Origin: the human T2T-CHM13v2.0 reference genome, Homo sapiens | Assembly: GCF_009914755.1 (NCBI RefSeq) | Contig: NC_060936.1 | Strand: one strand, 5' to 3' | DNA: 64,000 bases | Part shown: positions 1 to 22,633 of the stretch, in pieces | How positions within the stretch are numbered: position 1 is the stretch's first letter | Layout of the letters: each line of letters opens with the position of its first letter | Made by a program: the position numbers and the translations under genes | The notes under the pieces: model-generated | What the model saw: only the letters and a program-made list of their open reading frames with translations | What the model was told of the DNA's origin: nothing | The model's database searches: none

Positions 1-818
1 AAAAAAAAAAAAAAAAAGAGCTGAGATTAAGAGAAATGACCAAGAAAAGTTCTCCATGTGTGTTGAGTTTTCTATGTGGAATCCCCCGGAGAGTGGGGAT
101 CCTGACTTATTTTTCTCAGTCTCCCTTATGGGTAGCCACAGTGCTCAATTCATATCATTAAATGATTGTGAAAGGGAAGTAAATATAGGTTTCTGGATTT
201 GTCATTTTATCAGGTGAGCTGGGAGGAATATTCTTCAGCAAGAGGCCTCATGCTTTACCTCACAGGGGACAGAGGGATCAGGGATAAAGATGGCTACTCT
301 GGTTGTCTGGTAGAGCTGATGATGTTGCTGATGCGTTGGGTCAGAGGTTGTGAATGCTGTGGTTATTGCTATTGAGCTTGGGGCTGAGAGAGTTTGGAGA
401 AGATGCTGGACCACCTCAGATACATCAGAATTATATTTCTAAAGTTTAGAAAATGCAAACAACCAAAAATAAAAAATAAAACTTATGCACAGTCTCATAT
501 TTTGGAGTATATTCTTCTAGTCTTCTTTCTTCTTATATGTAAACTTTTTTAATACAAGTGAGTTCAGGGAGAAATGCTCTAGCATAACTTGCCTTTTTCA
601 CTCAACATTGTAATAGAAATATTTTTTTCTGTGCAATTAAATATATAAATTCATTTTTAAAATTTGAGTTTATCATGACCAATAAATACACAGATCTTAC
701 ATGAACAGCTCAATGGATCTACATATATATAAACCCCTCTAACCATCTAGATCAAGATATAGGATATTTCTAGCCTCCTGGGCTCTCTCATGTCCTTAGA
801 CCTCAGACCTCATACCTC

Positions 819-1237
819 TGTGAAAGCTGTACTTCTTTCATGAACGGTAGACTAAATTTCTACGCCTAAAGACAGTTTCAAGGACTGAGACTAAATTCTA
901 AGGAGCAATTAATTCCAAGGAGCAGATGGTGGCAAGCAGATACCATGAGACATCCTGACTCAGAGCTTGTTGACCACAAAAATCACAGGAGTGTTGAGAA
1001 ATAGAAATGAAGACCTAGGTTTTACGGACTCATTGCTATTACATGCCATTGATTCTGAGACCTGATTCAGCAAACTTGCTTTCTTACCACATTTCCACTC
1101 TGATCCTTGACCCAATGAAACAATCCCAACTAAATTTTGCTCAGAAAGTCACTCTCCCTGGAGTGCTCCCTATTGCAGTAGCAGTGAATGAAGTGCTTGT
1201 CTCTGCCTCTAACTGCTCTCAAATTTTTAGTTTGAGC
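819..1237 (+). mobile_element. Probable old solo LTR, family unassigned
   Basis: Starts TG, interrupts the L1M, flanked by near-duplicated acctc/ccctc. Confidence 0.4.
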
Positions 1238-1514
1238 CCCTCATCCAGAAGTAGCCATTATTCTGACTTCTAAACTGCAGGTCAATTTTGCCTGTCCTTG
1301 AACTTCATACAAATGGAATCATGGTTTGTACTCTTTTGTGTCTGCCTTCTTTCTCTCAAAATAATGTCTGGACAATTCATTTATGTTGTTGTATGGATCT
1401 TCTTTTTTATTGCTATACAGAATTCCATTGTATGACTACACCCAGAATTTATCCATTCTTCTGTTAATGGTGACTGATGTTTCCAATTTGAGATTACATG
1501 AATAACACTGCTCT

Positions 1515-2148
1515 TGATATAGGAGGTAGACAGAAATTATTTAGGCAGATAGTGAGGGCAAAAGAGTCCTTGGCAGAACTTCCCTTCTAACAAAAAGCAG
1601 CCCAAGAAATTACTTTTTTCTAACAAAGAGCAGTCTGAAAGCTCAAGCTGCAAACATAGATAAGGAAGCTGGAAGCTTGCACAGGGGGAGGCCTGCAGCT
1701 GCACTGATAGAAAGGGGCAACCTGGGGGCCAGGCATGTCCACCATGGGGTTCTACCTTCCCTTTCTTATTAGCACATGTATAGTAAGAAAGAACTGGGCA
1801 ACATGGAGAAGCTCAGGCAGAGAACCCACCTGCATAATAAAAGATTGTGGTGGGGGCTGCCAGAGATTTGTGCCCTTACGCAGGTGGTGCACCTGGTTCT
1901 AACCAGTTTTTCATGCCCTATGTAGATCAGACACTGCCTCACCGCTAGCTCATCTATAAAAACCCCTGCATTTCATCATGGATTGGCAACCCATTTTTCC
2001 AGGACCCCTCTCTGTGGCAGAGAGCTATTCTCTTTCTTCGTCTATTAAATTTCAGCTCTTAACCTCGCTCTGTGTTTCCGTGTCCTTGATCTCCATGGCT
2101 GTGAGACAATGAACCTCGAGTGTCACCCCAGACCATGAGGCCACTTCA
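1515..2148 (+). mobile_element. ERV1 solo LTR (MER61-like)
   Basis: TGATA...CTTCA termini, TATA (ctataaaa ~1955), ATTAAA ~2044, 4-bp TSD ctct/ctgt, 5' end matches recalled MER61 start. Confidence 0.8.
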
Positions 2149-2640
2149 CTGTGAATATTTTTCTGCATGTCTTGTAGTGAACATATGCAGAGATTTATAG
2201 TATATACAAATAGTACGTGTGTGGATACTATATATAAATAGGAGTGTTTATACACACACACAGAAATGCTGAGTCATAGGTATATGTATTTTAAGATTTA
2301 GTAGACATAGCCACACAGTTTTAAAATTACCAAATTATACTCTTGCCACAATAGAGTGAAATGTTCCAATGAAATGAAAGTTACAGTCATTCCACATCCT
2401 CACCAACACTTGTTATTGTGAACCTCCTAAATTTTAACCATTCTAGTAAGTGTGTAGAAGTATTTCATTGTAGTTTTAATATAATTTTAAGGGCCACACG
2501 GTAATTCATTATGTCAAGATGCCTAAGTATTTTGCTTTACCAATCCCTTATTTTTGAACATTCAAGAGTTTTTTTCCCCCCATTTTTCATTTTAGAGAAC
2601 CCCTGGATGATCATCTTTTAACATAAACATTTTTCTTAGT

Positions 2641-6888
<4,248 letters not shown>

Positions 6889-7351
6889 TCATCTACCTGG
6901 TATTGATTAAAATACCTGCCTCCCATTAGAGAACTTGAGTTAAGGTATTATTTTAACAGATCAAAACTCTGGGAAAATGCCCCACTAATCCAGTTTTTTG
7001 TATTATTTAATATTTAAAGGAAAACCTGTTCCTCTCTATCAAGAAATCACTTACTGGATTTTCAGTACTGCCCTGAGACACCATGGAAAAAGATAAGTTG
7101 GTTTTGATGGAAAAAGTAGATACAGCATAAACAACCAGAGTAAAAAGATGGTAAAATCCCTACAGAAGGGAAGGAGGTCCTAGAAGCTAGATAAATGGAG
7201 GTAATAAAGCAAGATAATCCTCAAATCAGGAACTATTTCGTCATTACAGACCAGTGTCCACAGCGTACTTGCCTGGAACATACTCTATAAATGGAACCAG
7301 ATATGGAATAAGACCAAGGAAAAAGTAGTATTATAATTCTTCTCTGAGGGG

Positions 7352-7745
<394 letters not shown>

Positions 7746-7782
7746 TCATAAAAGACACATTTGAGTAAAGGCTGGTAGTTCA

Positions 7783-8095
7783 AGTGGAGTGTTGTGGCTC
7801 ATGCCTGTAATTGCAACACTTCGGGAGGCTGAGGCAGGCAGATCACTTGAGCCCAGGAATTTGAGACCAGCCTAGGCAACACAGTGAGACCCTGTCTCTA
7901 CAAAAAATAGAAAAAATTAGCCAGGTGTGGTGGCATGCATCTGTAGCCCTAACTACTCAGGAGGCTGAGGTAGGAGTATCACTTAAGTCTGGGAAGTCAA
8001 GGCTGCAGTGAGCAATGATCACATCACTGCACTTGAGCCTAGGCAACAGAGTGAGACTCCATCTCAAAATAAATAAATAAATAAATAAATAACCA
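7783..8095 (+). mobile_element. AluJ
   Basis: J diagnostics (cttgagcccagga, gtcaaggctgcagtgag), (TAAA)n tail. Confidence 0.9.
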
Positions 8096-8272
8096 AAAAT
8101 TTTAAAAAGCAGATAGTCTCTGACCACCCCACTAAGGAAGGTGAGTCAGATCAACTGCAGTTTGCCTTCTGTCTCAGAGAGGCATGCAAGTTTAGGGCCT
8201 GAGCAGAATTGCTTGAAATGTCAAGAAGAGGCTGAGCACCATCATCTGTGTCTTTCCTCTCTATTCCTCCCC

Positions 8273-8816
8273 TGTGGAGGGAAAGTTAAATATTAAATTT
8301 GAACTCAATTGAACGTGAACACAAACAATAGTCACCAAGTCCTGGAACAGGTTGCATGAGCCCCTTGGGGCATTCATCCAGCACAGTTTTGGAGAAATCT
8401 GTTCCTGTATGTAAGTTATTGAAAAACAACAGACAATCGCAAAAACAAGTTGACCTTTCTGTGTTCCTTGAGCCCTCATGACACGGCCTCGTGCCAAACA
8501 ACTGGTTACAAAAAGAGATAGGGTCCCAGACTGTGCTGAAGCTTCATGAGACCTCTTCTTGTCTGTGCACGGATGAGTGGCTGACTCTGGAGCCCAGGCT
8601 GTTACTTCCCAGTCTGGTGATGAATTCTCCATAGTCTGGTGAGTGTAAATATATATATATTTTTTCCCTTCTCCCCTTCCCATTGCAATTTTCTTATTAT
8701 ATCATTTGCTTATTATATTTGCATTGCCATTTACATGGGATAAAGGTTGTTTACCCTTAAAGGTATTTGGTGTGTGTGTCTTTTCTTTTGCCCTCGCAGG
8801 TTTCCAGCACAGAACA
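8273..8816 (+). mobile_element. ERV1 solo LTR (LTR15-like)
   Basis: TGTGGAGG...AGAACA termini, perfect 5-bp TSD TCCCC. Confidence 0.85.
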
Positions 8817-9086
8817 TCCCCTAGGCAGCAATCAGTCTTTCCTCCAAATAAATGTTGAAGAAGTGTATAAAAAATATTGTTTGAAGGGCTACTGGAGGGG
8901 CTACCTGTCTCAATCTCACCCTGGCTCCAGGGAGGTGGTGGGATGGGAAGTAGAGAAATACTGTAGTTTTCATGGGGCCCACTTTACTACTCAAGCTTGC
9001 TCCCTCCTTCTTTCTTTACAAAAGAAAGAAAAAAAGAAAAGAAGGGTGAAAGCCAGAAGATTTATTTGGTTAAAAAAAAGAAATTC

Positions 9087-9752
<666 letters not shown>

Positions 9753-10803
9753 AATGTTCAAAGATTTGCCACCAGGTACAAGAAAAGAATGTTCACTAAG
9801 CACTCAGAACAGTGCCTGACACCTGGAAAACAGGAGTTTCATTCCTCTCCTTGTAGTTTTGCCTATGAATAAGGAGCCCTTTTTCAAAAGTTAGCTCCAG
9901 GCAGCTGAACCTGGGCCAGATATTACAAATACAAAACTGGGTGAAAAAATATTTGCAGTTTACTTAACAGACAAAGAGTTAATATCCCTAATATGTAAGG
10001 AGTTCTTAAAGAAGAAAAAGGCCAAATCTGGTAGGAAAACAGGCAAAATACATGAATGGACAGTTCACAGGAAAAAATAAATGCTCCTTAAATATTAAAA
10101 AAATAAAATTTAAAAATAAAATATTAAAATTAAATTTTATTTGGAAATATTACTATGAACTCATAATTTTTTAAAAATTGTATTTCCTAGTTGTGTGTAC
10201 TAGAAGTCCTGGAATCAGTGGCATCTAATAGTAAGATGCCATTGCTTCTGGAGCCTAAATCTTGATTTCTAAACATCATTCTTGATATAAGGGGCTCCTT
10301 GGTAAAAATGATATATCCACAGGTGGAGTACAAAAAATACCGGGTGAACTTGGGACTTCTTTTTGCATCAGAAAGTAAACAAGTGATCAAAAAATGATAA
10401 TGACATGTCAAAAGGACACAAAAGTCAACTTGAGAGAGCTCTCACTGGCCAAATTTGAGACAATTTCTGTATCAAAAAGAATAATCAAGGCACCATGGAG
10501 GAGCCAAGATGGCCGAATAGGAACAGCTCCGGTCTACAGCTCCCAGCGTGAGTGACGCAGAAGACGGGTGATTTCTGCATTTCCATCTGAGGTACCGGGT
10601 TCATCTCACTAGGGAGTGCCAGACAGTGGGGGCAGGACAGTGGGTGCAGCACACCGTGTGCCAGCCAAAGCAGGGTGAGGCTTTGCCTCACTGGGAATCG
10701 CAAGGGGTCAGGGAGTTCCCTTTCCTGGTCAAGGAAAGGGGTGACAGACGGCACCTGGAAAATCCAGCCACTCCCACCCGAATACTGCGCTTTTCCGACC
10801 AGC

Positions 10804-10944
10804 TTAAAAAACGGCGCCCACAAGATTATATCCCGCACCTGGCTTGGAGGGTCCTACGCCCACAGACTCTCGCTGATTGCTAGCACAGCAGTCTGAGATC
10901 AAACTGCAAGGTGGCAGCGAGGCTGGGGGAGGGGCGCCCACCAT
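10804..10944 (-). pseudogene. L1 antisense ORF0, truncated at 46 aa
   Basis: MVGAPPPASLPPCSLISDCCASNQRESVGVGPSKPG... matches the ORF0 N-terminus, then frameshifts to a stop. Confidence 0.8.
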
Positions 10945-11520
10945 TGCCCAGGCTCGCTTAGGTAAACAAAGCAGCCGGGAAGCTCGAACTGGGTGGAGCC
11001 CACCACAGCTCAAGGAGGCCTGCCTGCCTCTGTAGGCTCCACCTCTGGGGGCAGGGCACAGACAAACAAAAAGACAGCAGTAACCTCTGCAGACTTAAAT
11101 GTCCCTGTCTGACAGCTTTGAGGAGGGTAGTGGTTCTCCCAGCACGCAGTGGGAGATCTGAGAACGGGCAGATTGCCACCTCAAGTGGGTCCCTGAACCT
11201 TGATCCCCAGCAGCCTAACTGGGAGGCACCCTCCAGTAGGGGCAGACTGACACCTCACATGGCCGGGTACTCCTCTGAGACAAAACTTCCAGAGGAACGA
11301 TCAGATAGCAGCATTCACGGATCACGAAAATCTGTGGTTCTGCAGACACCGCTGCTGATACACAGGCAAACAGGGTCTGGAGTGGACCGCTAGCAAACTC
11401 CAACAGACCTGCAGCTGAGGGTTCTGTCTGTTAGAAGGAAAACTAACAAACAGAAAGGACATCCACACCAAAAACCCATCCGTACATCACCATCATCAAA
11501 GACCAAAAGTAGATAAAACC

Positions 11521-12526
11521 ACAGAGCAGAAAAACTGGAAACTCTAAAAAGCAGAGTGCCTCTCCTCCTCCAAAGGAACGCAGTTCCTCACCAGCAATGG
11601 AACAAAGCTGGACGGAGAATGACTTTGACAAGTTGAGAGAAGAAGGCTTCAGACGACCAAACTACTCCGAGCTACAGGAGGAAATTCAAACCAAAGGCAA
11701 AGAAGTGGAAAACTTTGAAAAAAATTTAGACGAATGTATAACTAGAATAAACAATACAGAAGGGTGCTTAAAGGAGCTGATGGAGCTGAAAGCCAAGGCT
11801 CGAGAACTACGTGAAGAATGCAGAAGCCTCAGGAGCTGATGTGATCAACTGGAAGAAAGGGTATCAGTGATGGAAGATGAAATGAATGAAATGAAGTGAG
11901 ATGGGAAGTTTAGAGAAAAAAGAATAAAAAGAAATGAACAAAGCCTCCAAGAAATATGGGACTATGTGAAAAGACCAAATCTGTGTCTGATTGGTGTACC
12001 TGAAAGTGACAGGGAGAATGGAACCAAGTTGGAAAACACTCTGCAGGATATTATCCAGGAGAACTTCCCCAATCTAGCAAGGCAGGCCAACATTCAGATT
12101 CAGGAAATACAGAGAACACCACAAAGATACTCCTCGAGAAGAGCAACTCCAAGACACATAACTGTCAGATTCACCAAAGTTGAAATGAAGGAAAAAATGT
12201 TAAGGGCAACCAGAGAGAAAGGTCAGGTTACCCTCAAAGGGAAGCCCATCAGACTAACAGTGGATCTCTCGGCAGAAACTCTACAAGCCAGAAGAGAGTG
12301 GGGGCCAATATTCAACATTCTTAAAGAAAAGAATTTTCAACCCAGAATTTCATATCCAGCCAAACTAAGCTTCATAAGTAAAGGAGAAATAAAATACTTT
12401 ACAGACAAGCAAATGCTGAGAGATTTTGTCACTACCAGGCCTGCCCTAAAAGAGCTCCTGAAGGAAGCACTAAACATGGAAAGGAACAACCGGTACCAGC
12501 CGCTGCAAAATCATGCCAAAATGTAA
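11521..12526 (+). pseudogene. L1 ORF1p, disabled (start codon deleted, internal stops)
   Basis: ORF pieces 11597-11839 and 11966-12526 match ORF1p; aaaaccac is joined directly to agagcagaaaaac with no ATG. Confidence 0.9.
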
Positions 12527-12588
12527 AGACCATCGAGACTAGGAAGAAACTGCATCAACTAACGAGCAAAATAACCAGCTAAATCATC

Positions 12589-16410
<3,822 letters not shown>

Positions 16411-18159
16411 ACAATGAGATCACATGGACACAGGATGGGGAATATCACACTCTGGGGACTGTTGTGGGGTGGGGGCAGGGGGGAGGGATAGCATTGGGAG
16501 ATATACCTAATGCTAGATGACGAGTTAGTGGGTGCAGCGCACCAGCATGGCACATGTATACGTATGTAACTAACCTGCACCATGTGCACATGTACCCTGA
16601 AACTTAAAGTATAATTAAAAAAAAGAAAGAAAAAGGAATATAATCAAGGCAATGGTTAAAAAAAAACCATAGAATCTTTAAAATTCCGAGTCTACCATGA
16701 TGCTCAGGGTGGGTTGGGGGATGAAAGGGTGGAGGGAGAAAAATTCCTTTTTGAGGAAAACTCTGGTTAGTAAAAGTAGAAAGAATAACAGAATTTGGAA
16801 ATCAACATTTTGCAATCTCCAATGATTGATTTAGATAAGGATCATAACTGGATGCTATGTCCTCTAGGTGAAAGTTACACTTGCAAAGTGTGGCTGACAC
16901 CATCTGAACCAAGTGAACAAATTTAACATCATCAATAGTGGGACAATCTGACATCATGTGCCTAGTAAGATGATGCAGTGCGTTATACATGGATTATTTA
17001 TGAAATGTCCTGCTAGAAGTGTTTATCCTGAATCTAATCGGGCTCCAGCTTAATTTAAAGTCTGTGAAAGTTTTAAAATATATTACCCATTTCCCTCCAG
17101 GAAGATGACCTCAATTTATACTCTCAGCAGCGTAGTAGACTGCCAGTTTCCCTGAACAAGTTAATTGAGACCACAAGGACACAAAAATACACAGGCAGTA
17201 TGTGAGATATTCATCAAGACAACAACTGATCTGGATTCTTCTCAAGACAATGTCATGGGTAAAAAAAGCAAGAGAATTCTTCTACATTACAGGAGACGTG
17301 CTTGAATCCTGGACTTTTAAAAAAGCTATAAAAGACATTTTGGGACCATTGAGGAATTTTTAGTGTGGAATGGTTATAAATGATATTTAGGAATTATGAA
17401 TGTCTTCGATGGTCATAATATTCTCCTATTATGGCTATATGGGAGAATGTCCTCATGTTTTAAAGATGAATGCTGAAGAATTTAAAAAAGAAAATAATGT
17501 CTGCAACTTACTTTCAAATGATTTAGAAAAATCATGTAAATAGGGCAACAAGTGAAAATACCCCAAATTCTTCTGACTCTGAAGGTCCACAAAACATACT
17601 TGAAAAACCACTGGGCTAGGCAATGAACAATCTGGATTCCCCAAATGAGTACTTATGATGGTGACTGGGTGGAGGTCCTGGAAACCTGAAATCTATCCAT
17701 TTGTGTATGTCTCTCCCAGTGCCTCAACACCTGCAGTTCCTTAAGGCAGCTTCATGAATGAACTTGTTCCCACTGGTTCTTTTTCTGACATGTGAAAGCT
17801 TTTATAATCTCAGATCCTGTCTCTTTATCTCATAATAAAGAAAGCTCCCCTCAGCATCTATGTCAACACAGACAAAGGGTTCAATCTGCCAAAATGCCTC
17901 AGCAAAGTCTGGCTCTTGACTACAACTGGGGTGTGGGATGAGGTGGCTTTTTCCTCTGATTTCACAACCTCTAAAGGAAATGGATTTTTATTGTTTCTTT
18001 TTCTTCTGTAAGCTAAAGGAACTAGGGCTCTAGAGTGGCTTCTACCACTAAGTTCCATCCTTCAACACCAACTGACTCAAGAAAAAACAGTGCAATAAGA
18101 GACCACAAACAACTTCCTGAAACACGAAAATAAAATGCATATATTTTCACCTGAATATT

Positions 18160-18390
18160 TAGAACAATAGGACTTAGCATTAGAAGACTGGGTTCAAATC
18201 CTGATTCTGCTTTTAACAAGTAGTGGACGGGTTATGGACAACTAATATCCTAAGCCTCAGTTATTTCACCTGAAAATTGGGGTGCTAATGATAATAAATG
18301 CTATGGAAATAAGATGAATAATAGCCATGGAAATAAGATGAGTTAATGGCTATGAACGTGCTTTGTAATATGAAAATGCTATAAAATGAT
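18160..18390 (+). mobile_element. MIR
   Basis: ctgggttcaaatcctgattctgc ... aagcctcagtt core. Confidence 0.7.
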
Positions 18391-18949
18391 CCTAGCTAGT
18401 CTAGTTAACTGAATTAATAAATGAATAATCTGAAGGCCAACAAGGACATGACTTGATTGACATTACAAAGCAAATTTATTTATCTGTTCAATACATTCTC
18501 TCCTGGGTTAGGACTTACACTAAAATATGGAGGTTAACTAGACTGTCCTCTTACTACATGTAGATGTATTTGTAGAGATCCATATAGATACATAAGAAAT
18601 ACAGCTGTCTCGCCAAATTTACTGAGTCATCCCAGCACCATACTAAGAGTTTGGGTATATTACTTCACTGAAGCTTATGACTGTCCTATGAGAAAAGTCC
18701 TATTATTATCCCCATCATATGAATAAGAACAGTGAGGATACAAAAGGAGAGATTATAAATGCCTGAAAAATATCAGTGAGAATGTAGGAGAAGAAATGGA
18801 CTTTAGATTGAGCAGGTTGAATACACAGAACATAGAAAACCAATGGGATATAAGGATTAAGGAAAAAAGGGATGACAAGAAACCATGTTGCTATAATTGA
18901 GCAAATATTAATGCTATACAGAGGGAAGAACAGGTTGGTGGGGAAAATT

Positions 18950-19620
18950 TCCATTCATTTAACCAATATTAACTGAGCACTTAATATGTGTCTGACAATA
19001 TTATAAGCTCTAGGGATATAGCAATAAAAAATATTGGTAAGAGTTCCTATTTTCCTGAACTTATATTCTGGGAACAGGGGAATATGTTCAAGAATTGTTA
19101 TGTTCTTGATTTTTTGAGGCGCTCATTGAACATTTGGGTGAAGATGTCCAGGAAATACCAGGAAATAGTTGGAGAAATGGGTTTAATTCTCAAAAGAGTT
19201 GTTTAAATGAGAGATGAACTTGGGAAATCTTCAGTGTATAAATGGTGATTGAATTTATGAACATGAATGAGGTCACTCAGGCACAGAATATAGTTCCAGA
19301 AGAACAGCAGGCTAAAGGTGAAGCCCTTGCAATGCCAATATTTAAGAAGAAGAGTCCAAGAAAGAGATGAAGCAGGAACAGTTAGACAGGTAAAAGGAAT
19401 GGCAGAAGAGAATGATATGATAAAAACCAAGGAAAGAGAAAGTTATAAGAAGGAATGGTTAGTAGTTTCAAATGCTGTTAAGAGATCAATATGTATAATG
19501 AACAACTGAATGTGGCACCCAGAGGGTCCCTATGATTATGGCAAAGGCAGCTTCAGGAGAGAAGTTGGGGCAGGAGGCCAATGTAGTATGTGGAGGGGTG
19601 TCTAGAAGAAAAGTCTGTAA
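18950..19620 (-). mobile_element. L2 fragment
   Basis: cattcatttaaccaatattaactgagcac end motif, purine-rich L2 body. Confidence 0.55.
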
Positions 19621-19659
19621 AAGCCTCAATTAAAGTGAACTTTTCTGTTGAGAACTTAA

Positions 19660-19900
19660 CCTGCCAGCATGGGCAACATAGCGATACATCATCTTTACAA
19701 AAAATAAAAAATTAGCCAGGCATGGTGACACGCACCTGTGTTCCAGCTACTCTGGAGGCCAAGGCAGTAGGATTGTTTGAGCTCCGGAGTTTAATGCTAA
19801 AGTGAGCTGTGATCGGGCTACTGCACTCCAGCCTAGGTGACAGAGAAAGACCCTATCTCAAACAAACAAACAAACAAAAACAACAACAACAACAAAAAAC
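19660..19900 (+). mobile_element. 5'-truncated AluJ
   Basis: Partial left arm, right arm, (CAA)n tail. Confidence 0.85.
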
Positions 19901-20764
19901 TTTATCTGGAGAGAAATATTAATATAAGCAACAGGAGACCAAGAGTGAGGTATTGGCTTTTAAAATAGAGGAACAATGTCAGCGTGTTTGACTGCTTGTG
20001 AGAAAGGGTCAGTAACAGAGAAGCTGGAAGAGAAAAGAGAAGGAAAAATGGGTGAGGCCACTGTAGAGACAAAGAGGAGGGATCCAGAACACCCTCCTCC
20101 TGACCCTGGACGCAGGGAAGGTGGGATGTAGAAGAGAAAAAATGAGTGAAAGGGAAAGACTCCAAGTTGAGGAAGTTGTTGCTGATGGCTTCTGCAAGGA
20201 GGAGGTAATTTTACCTATATTTTCTCACTTTCTTTTATGACAGTTTTTTGAGACAGGAACTCAAAAAATAGTTTTTTGAGAAACTATTAGTGTCCTCACT
20301 TCATTAATGAGGAAACTGAGGTTCAAAGAGGTTAAATGACCTGCCCTTGGAAATTTGCAGGGTCAGAATTCAAACCCAGACATTTCACTCAAGTCCCCTA
20401 GTCTTTCTTAATGATCACTAGAGAGAGAAATTTAAGGAAAAGAAACATCAATGCCTTCAAACCCAAGAAACCTTCAGAATGATGGTAACCACTGAGAGAA
20501 AAGAATAAAATGGACAGGAAAACAGGATAGAGCAAAGGCTGTAGGTACAATAATCGTAATAAAAATGGGTATTTATCTATAGCGTTATCTCTTTTTTCTC
20601 CCTATAACAAATAGTTAAACAATATAAACTATGTAAAGGGGCATGAGAAAATAGAAACTGCAAGGCTCGCTTCTAAGGAAATGATTGTTTTGTAAATATA
20701 TCGTAAGAATTGATCATTAAAACAACATTTTGTAATTATATTAGTTTATGGCAGACAAGAATAA

Positions 20765-21200
20765 TTTATTCAACAAATATTTTTATTGAGTATCTACTAT
20801 GTGCCAGATAGTGCTCTAAACCCTGGACATATAATAGTGAATAAATCAGACAAGAGCTCTACTTTTTTGGAGTCTACGTTCTAATGAGAAGACAGGCAGG
20901 AAAATAGCAGATTAATCAGCAAATAGCTCAAGTAAAACCAGATGAGGAGTGCTACTTTAGAATGGGTAGTGGAGTGAAATTCTGAAGACATGACATTTGA
21001 GTTGAGACCTCATGAACAAGAATCAGTTATATGGAAATCTGAAGCAACACACTTAGGCTGAGGGAACAGTGAATGTCAAGGTTCTGGAGTAGGAGCCACC
21101 TTGGCATGTTCAATGAACAGCAAAAAAAAAAGCGTGATGAGCACAGGGAGGACAGTGGCAGGAGATGAGGCTAGAGACATGGGCAAAAACCAGACATGTA
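20765..21200 (-). mobile_element. L2 fragment
   Basis: ttattcaacaaatatttttattgagtatctactatgtgccag. Confidence 0.65.
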
Positions 21201-21202
21201 GA

Positions 21203-21376
21203 GCAGCAGTTCTCAGTCCTCGCTGCTCACCAGAATCCCCAGAGGAGCTTTAAAAATATGGATGACTGGGTCCCCACTCCCAGAGAAACTGATTTAATTG
21301 GTCTGAGGTGGGGCTCAGGCATAGATCTTTTGAAAAATGCCCTGGGGATTCTGATGGATATCCAAGGTTGAGACTA
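21203..21376. mobile_element. MER5A-type hAT DNA transposon
   Basis: gcagttctca ... gattctgatg ... ccaaggttgaga. Confidence 0.75.
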
Positions 21377-21389
21377 ATATTGAGACTTC

Positions 21390-21862
<473 letters not shown>

Positions 21863-22365
21863 TTAATGTAAGTTGAACCTGGTAAACAGAAGAATCATTT
21901 CAAATAACATTCCCCCACAGAGAAATTTGAGCAATCTTAATTGCCAGACCTCCTGAGAACATAAAAGCTTTACCTGCCAAGAAAACTTGGCTCAAGAAAC
22001 ACCAACTAATAAAATGTAAGACTTTCTATCTTCCAAGCTAACTAACATGTATTGAATTGGTAATATGTACCAGATATTGTATACTAAGCAATTCACTAGA
22101 TGGTCTAGTATCTTCATAACAATTTCATCTTATCTGTGAGTAAGACCCAATTTAGAGATGACAGTACTCATCTTGGAGAGATTTAGTGTCTTATGTAATG
22201 CCACACAACTATTAAGTAGCAGAGGTGCGTCTCTCTGATTCGAAGTCTATGATCATTGCTGCTGTAAGACCTAGTTTGCTGAGGTTACAAAATGGCCAGT
22301 CTAATATTTAAACTACTGCTCTCTAGGAAAGTGCTCTTGGGTTCTGTTATGAAAAACTACCACCA

Positions 22366-22604
22366 GCCGGCCATGGAGGCACATGTCCTTAGTCCCAGAC
22401 ACTCAGGAGGCCGGTGTGAGAGGATCACCTGAGCTCTGGAGGTTGAGGCTGCAGTGAACCACAATGGCACCATTACACTCCAGCCTGGGCAATAGTGTGA
22501 AAAACTGTCTCAGAGAAAAAATGATTTCCCAGAGATTGGCAAAGAAAAAAAGGAGGAAAGAAACAAAGTTGAAAGAAAGAAAGAAAGAAAGAGAAAGAAA
22601 GAAA
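22366..22604 (+). mobile_element. Alu right monomer (FRAM/AluJ) with GAAA-rich tail
   Basis: Right arm only. Confidence 0.75.
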
Positions 22605-22633
22605 CTTCCAGAAATAAAATCAATCTAGAACAC

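Larger units (their letters stand above)
660..2640 (-). mobile_element. Ancient L1M (L1ME/MC-type) 3' fragments, interrupted by two LTRs
   Basis: Degenerate antisense L1 3' motifs (e.g. cataCaaatggaatcat, attccattgtatg, catcctcaccaacacttg). Confidence 0.65.

Noticed and set aside
220-420. GC-richer block that might be a minus-strand exon
   Set aside because: Translations gave nothing recognisable and there is no convincing acceptor
18296-18355. Small tandem duplications (also ~3815-3883, 4730-4812, 22995-23030)
   Set aside because: Common slippage duplications inside old repeats
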